Below the pieces are notes generated by a model. It saw only the letters and a program-made list of their open reading frames with translations, was not told the origin of the DNA and ran no database searches. A DNA stretch of 64,000 nt from Eledone cirrhosa (lineage: Eukaryota): assembly GCA_964016885.1 (NCBI GenBank), contig OZ024756.1, forward strand, positions 7,192,001 to 7,256,000, in the 5' to 3' direction. Below, one piece after another: positions 53,688 to 64,000 of the stretch (positions are counted from its first letter, which is position 1; each line of letters begins with the position of its first letter). The translations under genes were made by a program, and so were the position numbers.

Positions 53688-54177
53688 GGGTGGGTGATTT
53701 GCAGCTCGTTTGGAAAAAGCAGAGTTTTAAGACTTTCACATTCTTCATCAGAATGTGGAATGTTTGGGGAGCTTATTTGTAATGTCGCTTTTATTGTAGA
53801 TATATTACCTCAAACTATTAACGGTGCCAAATAAATGATTGAGAAAATATAACTAATTTGTATAAAGAACTGATAACAATGGTGAGTATATATGTTAGGA
53901 AAAACAGTGTGTGTGACAATAGGGGGTGACAATAGGGGGTGACAATAGGGGGTGACACCAGATCTGTTGGAAATCATTCGTTGCAGATATAGTGAACTAT
54001 GACACTATGCTACTATGCCATTTTTTTTTTATAAATCGATAAATCAATATGTAAAATCGATGGACGGATTGAAAATCGCTTCGAAAGGACAACAGAAGAC
54101 TTTGAATGAAGTGATACTTCGATTATTTTTTATCAAACGTGCGCGCGCGCGCGAATCAGGGTCCTGAATGTTTATTG

Positions 54178-54250
<73 letters not shown>

Positions 54251-54362
54251 CATGCATATGCATACATACAGACATGTGTATGTATGTATATATACATATA
54301 TATTTCTATATATATATACAGATATTTGTTTGTGTATATATATATATATATACATATATGTG

Positions 54363-54404
<42 letters not shown>

Positions 54405-54414
54405 CAGATATTTG

Positions 54415-54471
<57 letters not shown>

Positions 54472-54742
54472 CGTTTCTGAATTTGTTTAGCAAGATTCTT
54501 TATCAACATGACCCTCCCAAAGTATAACAATATATATATATATATACATACATATATATACAAATATTTGTATGTGTATATATATACATATATATACAGA
54601 TATTTGTATGTATATATATACATATATTTGTACGTGTATATATATACATATATACAGATATTGGTATGTATATATATATATGTATATATATATAGAAGAT
54701 ATTTGTATGTATATATATATATATATATATAGAAGATATTTG

Positions 54743-54792
<50 letters not shown>

Positions 54793-54803
54793 GAAGATAT
54801 TTG

Positions 54804-54849
<46 letters not shown>

Positions 54850-54858
54850 TATTTGTAC

Positions 54859-54889
<31 letters not shown>

Positions 54890-54893
<4 letters not shown>

Positions 54894-56637
54894 GTATAAT
54901 AACCAATACAATATAATTACCTCATTACCAGAGGTTTCCCGAATAAGACGAATACAAGAAACGCCCTCATTCGTTCGTCAGACAAGGCAATTTAAAACAG
55001 TGAAATATTTGAAAAATCTCCTCAAGAAAGACAAAAGATTAACGGGCAAAACAAAATTATATATATAAAAGTAATGCAAGAGATGTATAAAAATAAAATA
55101 AGGAAATATAGTAAGGGTATGTGTATAAATATGAGTATATGCACCTACAAATGTACATATTTGTGTATGTACAAATGCATGTGTAAAGTGAAAAAATGTG
55201 TACGTAAGTACATACATGAGGGCAAGCATATCAGTGTATGTGTGACCGCAAATACGTATATAATAAATGTTGAAAAAAGAAATTGTAAGATACTAGAGTT
55301 AACGTACATACAGACTCAGGGACTAAGGATTGAAATATATACACATACTAGTATGAAAGCACGCGTATAAACACACACACGCGCGACCACAAACATGCAT
55401 GTGATATATACCGAGAAGGGAGTGTTTCTGTCAAAGCAGTGTCAGGATGAAGCTCGATACATATATAAAAACATAAAATATGAAAATGAAAAAATGAAAA
55501 AATATATGAGAATAAAACAATTAAATCAAAGAGAAAGTAAGAGAGAAGGGTTATCAATTATAAAGTAACACTAGAACAAATAGAAAACATACAGAGGTTC
55601 GTACACACATATATATATATATAAATATAGATATAAATAGGTACAGACAAAAGCACGTACATGCGTACATACATACAAAAGCGCGCATACATACACACGA
55701 AGCACATATGTATATATACATATATATATATATACAAAATAATCTGGTTCACGCCCCTTTACTCTTTAGCAGTTAAAACTAATGTAGGCAAAACATTCCT
55801 AGAGCTCTTAGATAAACATTTCCCTAGAACAGATAGATACTATAACATCTTCAATAGAAGCTGTGTCAAAATCAGCTACTCCTGCGGTCCTCCTATTAAA
55901 TTTTATATCTTGAATAAAAAAAATACCCAGAGAACATCAAAAATTGCTCCTGTAGGGTTAAAAGTGAATGCCCATTACAATGTAAATGCAACACCAAACC
56001 CATTGTATATGTGGCTAAAGTGACAAACACCAGCAACAACCTACCAGCCACCCGCGAACGATATGTGGGTATGACACAAAACAAATTAAAAACGCGGTAT
56101 TACACACATGTCGGATCTTTACAACATCCTGAAAAAAGATTTACAACAGCTCTGGCTAGCAGAATATGGGATTTGAAAGACCAAGGTATCCAATATAAAT
56201 TAGATTGGTCAATTTTGAACCAATCTAAAGAATATGCAAGAAGAACAAGAAGAGGCGCACTCTGCATAAGTGAAAAATATTGGATTTTACAGACTTTAAA
56301 TCACGTAAAACCTGCCTAAATACAAAAACAGAAATTTTCACCAGTTGCCCACACATGAAATCACACTTGGTTTCCAGCTCACATAAACTTAACTCACTTT
56401 CAGATACTTATCCTCCATAAACTCTTGTTCTTCACTTTCCTTAACTTACCTTCTTTACAGGCTTCTATTTCTGATTTAGGACGATAGGACGTTTCTTGCA
56501 TTCGTCTTATTCGGGAAACCTCTGGTAATGAGGTAATTATATTGTATTGTTTATTATACATTAAATTTAACTCTGTAACTTACATAGAGCACTCTTCACT
56601 CCTATGCCCTTTGCAATTTTCAACGGAAACTTCAATA

Positions 56638-56640
<3 letters not shown>
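54890..56640. mobile_element. Family F PLE: inverted 3' UTR arm (54890-~55730, minus) + GIY-YIG and tail (55735-56640, plus)
   Basis: KIIWFTP..KFLELLDKHFP..KISYSC, YVGMT; homologous to 49089-51020; hammerhead CTGACGA..GAAAcctc/gaggTA at ~54910-54985 (minus). Confidence 0.85.
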
Positions 56641-56686
<46 letters not shown>

Positions 56687-56772
56687 ATATATATATATAT
56701 CCATACATACAAATATCTATATATGCATACATATATTTATATATACATACAAATATATATATATATATATAT

Positions 56773-56916
56773 ATAACGAAGGAAAAGTGGTAAGGAACCA
56801 GGTGGACCATAACGCACCAAAGTACTCAATACTTGAGGTAGTAGAGTGGGTAATAGGAACCAGTAAGACCCCGACAGCTGAGCTCAAGCCGTTTCGACGG
56901 CTAATTCTGGACTCAT

Positions 56917-56921
<5 letters not shown>
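56773..56921 (-). mobile_element. Family D PLE 3' end, truncated inside the hammerhead
   Basis: Homologous to 16687, 21611 and 53502. Confidence 0.68.
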
Positions 56922-56971
<50 letters not shown>

Positions 56972-57033
56972 ATGTATATATAAATATATGTATGCATATA
57001 TAGATATTTGTATGTATGGATATATATATATAT

Positions 57034-57069
<36 letters not shown>

Positions 57070-57269
57070 ATATATATATATATCCATACATACAAATATC
57101 TATATATGCATACATATATTTATATATACATACAAATATATATATATATATATATATACACAAATATATATATATATACACAAATATATATATATATATA
57201 TATATCCATATATATATATATCCATACATACAAATATCTATATATGCATACATATATTTATATATACAT

Positions 57270-57304
<35 letters not shown>

Positions 57305-57321
57305 AATATATATATATATAC

Positions 57322-57394
<73 letters not shown>

Positions 57395-57413
57395 AATATA
57401 TATATATATATAC

Positions 57414-57450
<37 letters not shown>

Positions 57451-57909
57451 AATATATAACACACTCACACACACACACACACACGCACATATATATATAT
57501 ATATATACACATATATGTATATGCATACATACAAACAAACATATTAACATACATGTATAATAAAAATAAAATAAACACAAACAAAAATTAAATAAACGAA
57601 ATGATTACAGAAGTTATGATATCCCATAAATCGCCAGAGACTGGCTTTCACGAACATTTGATTGATATACTTTTAACTAGCAGAGAGACATTATTAGACA
57701 CAACATTAGCAACGTCAGTAAATAATTTAGTATGGAAGACGCGAAGTGTATTGATTTGTTTCTTGTTTTTTTCCGCTCTTTTAGTGAAATGGAGATAAAT
57801 GGATAATGGATAATGGATATAGAGTAAATCTATTTCGACTGTTAAACAAGTTTAACATTTGACAGAGTTAAAGTAGAGAGTTACTACTGTAATTATATCA
57901 ATGGTGTTT

Positions 57910-60900
57910 ACTACATTGACAGCAGCAACAGCAGCAGCAGCAGCAGCAACAGTTGCATCAGTAACAACAGAGACATCAGCAGCAACAGTAACAACATTGA
58001 CAGCAGCAACAGCAGCAGCAGTTGCAGCAGTAGCAGTAGTAACAACAGAGACATCAGCAGCAACAGTAACAACATTGACAACAGCAACAGTAGCAACAGC
58101 AGCAACAGTAACGACAGAGACAGCAGCAGCAGCAGTAAAACACTGACAGCAGCAGTAACAGTAACAAAACTGACAGCAGCAACAGCAGCAGCAGTAGCAA
58201 CAGCAGGAGCAGCAGAAGTAACAACACTGACAGCAGCAGCAGTAACAACAATGAGAACAGCAGCAGCAGTAACAACACTGACAGCAGCAACAGCAGTAAC
58301 AACACTGACAGCAGCAGCAGCAGTAACAACACTGACAGCAGCAGCAGCAGCAGTAACAACACTGACAGCAGCAACAGCAGTAACAACACTGACAGCAGCA
58401 ACAGCAGTAACAACACTGACAGCAGCAGCAGCAGCAGTAACAACACTGACAGCAGCAACAGCAGTAACAACACTGACAGCAGCAGCAGCAGTAACAACAC
58501 TGACAGCAGCAGCAGCAACAGTAACAACACTGACAGCAGCAGCAGCAGCAGCCGCAGCAGTAACAACACTGACAGCAGCAGCAGCATCAGCAGTAACAAC
58601 ACTGACAGCAGCAGCAGTAACAACACTGACAGCAGCAACAGCAGTAACAACACTGACAGCAGCAGCAGTAACAACACTGACAGCAGCAGTAGTAACAACA
58701 CTGACAGCAGCAGCAGTAACAACACTGACAGCAGCAACAGCAGTAACAACACTGACAGCAGCAGCAGTAACAACACTGACAGCAGCAGCAGTAACAACAC
58801 TGACAGCAGCAGCAGTAACAACACTGACAGCAGCAACAGCAGTAACAACACTGACAGCAGCAGCAGTAACAACACTGACAGCAGCAGCAGCAGCAGTAAC
58901 AACACTGACAGCAGCAGCAGTAACAACACTGACAGCAGCAACATCAGCAGCAGTAACAACACTGACAGCAGCAGCAGCAGCAGCAGCAGTAACAACACTG
59001 ACAGCAGCAGCTGCAGCAGTACCAACACTGACAGCAGCAGCATCAGCAGCAGTAACAACACTGACAGCAGCAGCAGCATCAGTAGTAACAACACTGACAG
59101 CAGCAGCAGCAGCAGTAACAACACTGACAGCAGCAGCATCAGCAGCAGTAGCAACACTGACAGCAGCAGCGGCATCAGCAGTAACAACACTGACAGCAGC
59201 AGCAGTAACAACACTGAGAGCAGCAGCAGCATCAGCAGTAACAACACTGACAGCAGTAGCAGCAGTAACAACACTGACAGCAGCAGCAGCAACAGCAGTA
59301 ATAACACTGACAGCAGTAGCAGCAGTAACAACACTGACAGCAGCAGCAGTAACAACACTGACAGCAGTAATAACACTGACAGCAGCAGCATCAGCAGCAG
59401 TAACAACACTGACAGCAGCAGCGGCATCAGCAGTAACAACACTGACAGCAGCAGCAGTAATAACACTGACAGCAGCAGCATCAGCAGCAGTAACAACACT
59501 GACAGCAGCAGCAGCATCAGTAGTAACAACACTGACAGCAGCAGCGGCATCAGCAGTAACAACACTGACAGCAGCAGCAGTAACAACACTGAGAGCAGCA
59601 GCAGCATCAGTAGTAACAACACTGACAGCAGCAGCAGCAGCAGTAACAACACTGACAGCAGCAGCATCAGCAGCAGTAACAACACTGACAGCAGCAGCGG
59701 CATCAGCAGTAACAACACTGACAGCAGCAGCAGTAACAACACTGAGAGCAGCAGCAGCATCAGCAGTAACAACACTGACAGCAGTAGCAGCAGTAACAAC
59801 ACTGACAGCAGCAGCATCAGCAGTAATAACACTGACAGCAGTAGCAGCAGTAACAACACTGACAGCAGCAGCAGTAACAACACTGACAGCAGCAGCAGCA
59901 TCAGCAGTAACAACACTGACAGCAGTAGCAGCAGTAACAACACTGACAGCAGCAGCAGCATCAGCAGTAATAACACTGACAGCAGCAGCATCAGCAGCAG
60001 TAACAACACTGACAGCAGCAGCAGCATCAGCAGTAACAACACTGACAGCAGCAGCAGTAGTAACAACACTGACAGCAGCAGCAGCATCAGCAGCAGCAAC
60101 AACACAACAGCAACAACAGCAGCAATAACAACAACAGCAGCAACAACAACAGCAACAACAACAACAACAGCAGCAAAACTACTGACCGCAGTAGCAGCAG
60201 CAATAACATCAACAACTATAACTATAATAATAACAACACAACAGCAACAGCAGCAGCAGCAACAACCGCAGCAACAATAGCAACACCAGCAGCAGCAACA
60301 ACAGCAGCAACAGCAGCAACAACAACAGCAGCAACACTACTGACCGCAGTAGCAGCAGCAATAACATCAACAGCTATAACTATAATAACAACACAACAGC
60401 AACAACAGCAGCAGCAACAACAACAACAGCAGCAACAACAGCAACAACAGCAGCTGCAACAACAGCAGCAGCAGCAACAACACTGACCGCAGTAGCAGCA
60501 GCAATAACATCAACAGCTATAACTATAATAACAACACAACAGCAGCAACAACAGCAGCAACAACAACAACAGCAGCAACAACAGCAACAACAGCAGCAGC
60601 AACAACAGCAGCAGCAACAACAGCAGCAACAACACTGACCGCAGTAGCAGCAGCAATAACATCAACAGCTATAACTATAATAACAACACAACAGCAACAA
60701 CAGCAGCAGCAACAACAACAACAGCAGCAACAACAGCAGCTGCAACAACAGCAACAACAGCAGCAACAACAGCAGCAGCAACAACACTGACCGCAGTAGC
60801 AGCAGCAATAACATCAACAGCTATAACTATAATAACAACACAACAGCAACAACAGCAGCAGCAACAGCAGCAGCAACAACACTGACCGCAGTAGCAGCAG

Positions 60901-61036
60901 CAATAACATCAACAGCTATAACAACAACAACAACAACAACAGCAGCAGCAACAGCAACAACAGCAGCAACAACAACAGCAGCAGCAACACTGACCGCAGT
61001 AGCAGCAGCAATAACATCAACAGCTATAACTATAAT

Positions 61037-61070
<34 letters not shown>

Positions 61071-61103
61071 ATAACAACAACACAACAACAACAACAACAG
61101 CAG

Positions 61104-61152
<49 letters not shown>

Positions 61153-61302
61153 TACAACAACAAAACTGGTGGCAGAGCAACTACAACAACAACACTGGCA
61201 ACAGCAGCAACACTACCAGCAGCAACAACAGCAGCAACAACAACTACAACAACAAAACTGGAGGCAGAGCAACTACAACAACAACACTGGCAACAACAAC
61301 AA
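57910..61302. repeat. Complex CAG/CAA-derived minisatellite (gtaacaacactgaca(gca)n and derivatives)
   Basis: Direct reading. Confidence 0.95.
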
Positions 61303-61344
61303 AAATTCTATCTAAGATATAATTGAGTGTCGCTATTATTCCAT

Positions 61345-61722
61345 AAGCGGTGGATTGGCAGTACCGGTAGAGAGACAGAAACCATGCTTTGCAGCATAGT
61401 GTTAAGCCCCTTTACGATCTGAGTTCAAATCCCACTTCGGTTAACTTTGTCTTTCATCCTTACGGGGTCGATAAAATAAAGTACCAGTAATGCACTGGTG
61501 TACTTGCTGGCCCTGTGCCAAAAGTAGAAACAAATATTTGTTTCTACTTTAGACAAGGCCAGCAATAACCCAGTTCATTACTGGTACTTTATTTTATCGA
61601 CCCCGTAAGGATGAAAGGCAAAGTCAACCTCGGCGGGATTTGAACTCAGATCGTAAAGAGACGTAAGTATGCTGGAAAGCATGGCGTCCGACCCTCTACC
61701 GATACTGCCAATCCACCGCCTT
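61345..61722. mobile_element. Tail-to-tail SINE pair (plus 61345-61535; minus 61539-61721)
   Basis: Family match; 14-bp duplication tagaaacaaatatt at 61525 and 61722. Confidence 0.88.
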
Positions 61723-61992
61723 AGAAACAAATATTAGTCCAAAGGTTGAAGTTTAAAAGGAGAACAAAGATGGATTAAATTAGTCCGAACATATAATATG
61801 CAAATTAGCTGAAGAGTTATAGGAGTCATATTAAATACTCGGTATTGGTTCCGGCCCTCTACAATCAAAGTACAAACACCTTCTAGATGAACCTTGTCCT
61901 TTCAATATGTCGGCGTTGACAAATGAAATGGAGGAGTTTGACAGAAATAATTGTATCTACTTTTTTTATAATTGTTCTACTTTGACAGAAAT

Positions 61993-62376
61993 AATTGTTT
62001 ATACTTTTTGGCACAAGGCCAGCAATTATCCAGTAGATTACTGGTACTTTATTTTATCGACCTCGCATGGACGAAAGGCACAGTTAACCTCGGCGGGATT
62101 TGAACTCAGACCGTAAAGGGACGTAGCTACGCTGGAAAGCATGTTCGACCCTCTACCGATACTGCCAATTCACCGCCCCTGACAGAAATAATTGTTTCTA
62201 CTTTTGGCACAAGGCCAGCAATTACCCAGTACATTACTGGTACTTTATTTTATCGACCTCGCAAGGATGAAAGGCAAAGTTAACCTCGGCGGGATTTGAA
62301 CTCAGACGGTAAAGGGACGTAACTACGCTGGAGAAGCATGTCCGACCCTCTACCGATACTGCCAATTCACCGCTCC
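61993..62376 (-). mobile_element. Two tandem SINE copies
   Basis: Family match; tgacagaaat at 61939, 61983, 62180 and 62377. Confidence 0.88.
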
Positions 62377-62580
62377 TGACAGAAATGATAAAGTGTCATA
62401 TGATAATTATGCTTTGTGACATTTAATCAGATTTTATACATTCTGAGCTCAAATCCTGCGCGCTCTCAGAGAAAGGGTGATAAACAGATTTTGAACTCAA
62501 ACCTCACTCCCTCTCAGTGAAAATGTGATCGACAGATTCTGAGTTCAAATCCCGCTAAAAATGTACTCATAAACACGCCT

Positions 62581-62632
62581 AAGCGCCTGAAGATATGGTC
62601 AATATTGGGCCTTGAAACCTTAGGTAACGCTT
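62581..62632 (+). ncRNA. Type I hammerhead candidate in a short PLE remnant
   Basis: aagcgc-CTGAAGA-tat-ggtc.aatatt.gggcc-tt-GAAA-cct-t-agg-TA-acgctt. Confidence 0.65.
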
Positions 62633-62694
62633 TTGTTCCGTATATGAACATAAATAAATAATATAATATATATATATGTGTGTGTGTATGTGTG

Positions 62695-62872
62695 AGAATT
62701 CCGGGTTTAATCGGCGGCAACCACACTAAGTAAGGGACTCAATACATAGTAGAGTATATACAATGTTTAATATAGAAATGGCTACAGTACTAGAACTGTT
62801 TCATTCGAAGTAAACAGTTCTAGTACTGTTTACTTCGAATGAAACAGTTCTAGTACTGTAGAAGCCATTTCT
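62695..62872 (-). mobile_element. Family C PLE fold-back
   Basis: Inverted arms around ~62820; tail homologous to 14360-14437. Confidence 0.68.
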
Positions 62873-62894
62873 CTCTCTCTCTCTCTCTCTTATA

Positions 62895-62958
<64 letters not shown>

Positions 62959-63122
62959 GAAAAGTATAGAAATTATTGTAGCAAGAAGACAACAGTATTC
63001 CGTAATATATAAGTGACTATAGCGTCAAATGGGAAAATAGTTAACGTAATAGAGCTAATTATTATGCTGCCAATAGCTTAATGGGACACGGGTATACAAT
63101 ACCTAACTCCTATTAACCTAAG

Positions 63123-63128
63123 TATATA

Positions 63129-63168
<40 letters not shown>

Positions 63169-63529
63169 TATATGTACATATATATATACTGTATATACAT
63201 ATATATATGTACATATATATATACTGTATATATATATATATACATATATATATACTGTATTATATATATATATATGTACATATATATATACTGTATATAT
63301 ATATATATACATATATATATACTGTATATATATATCCATATATATATACTGTATATATATATCCATATATATTACTGTATATATATATACATATATATAT
63401 ACTGTATATATATATATATACATATATATATACTGTATATATATATATATATCATATATATATACTGTATATATATATATATACATATATATATACTGTA
63501 TATATATATATATACATATATATATACTG

Positions 63530-63565
<36 letters not shown>

Positions 63566-63636
63566 CTGTATATATATATATATATATACATATATATATA
63601 CTGTATATATATATATATATATACATATATATATAC

Positions 63637-63668
<32 letters not shown>

Positions 63669-63689
63669 CTGTATATATATATATATATA

Positions 63690-63732
<43 letters not shown>

Positions 63733-63778
63733 TATATACTGTATATATATATATATATATATACATATATATATACTG

Positions 63779-63810
<32 letters not shown>

Positions 63811-64000
63811 TATATACTGTATATATATATATATATATACATATATATATACATATATATATATACATACATATATATACTGTATATATATATATATATA
63901 CATATATATACTGGATATATATATATACATATATATATATACTGCATATATATTATATACTGCATATATATATATATACATATATATATATACTGCATAT
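63123..64000. repeat. (TA)n/CTG/CA compound microsatellite
   Basis: Direct reading. Confidence 0.96.

Noticed and set aside
53725-53760. CTGATGA...GAAA on the minus strand as a hammerhead
   Set aside because: No stem II and no convincing stems I/III

Overview
Repeat-saturated animal genomic DNA. The SINE, MITE and microsatellite repertoire looks octopod/cephalopod (inference from remembered repeat families). I cannot support any host protein-coding gene; most ORFs in the track are translations of microsatellites or satellites. Main contents: (i) huge (TA)n arrays punctuated by TA-CTG-TA; (ii) a near full-length CR1-group LINE (6.6-10.9 kb, minus) with a CCCH ORF1 and an APE-RT ORF2; (iii) a young two-ORF Penelope-like element (PLE, Naiad/Neptune-like; 38.1-44.7 kb) with a 1.8-kb inverted pseudo-LTR; (iv) about 15 further PLE 3'-end fragments from 8 or more families, many as fold-back palindromes carrying type I hammerhead ribozymes, some with very long stem II; (v) many tRNA-derived SINEs, RTE fragments and two MITEs; (vi) 20-, 40-, 45-, 65- and 66-bp satellites, the 45-mer amplified from inside a SINE. 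Best candidates for new biology: a covarying bulged hairpin (RCTC-stem-TN-GAGY) at the start of the PLE tail in 8 families, with inverted arms ending 4-16 nt before it; and in-phase T-TTT-TTA -1 frameshift sites joining ORF1 to the RT ORF in both the PLE and the LINE. All RNA folds were done by eye, not computed.
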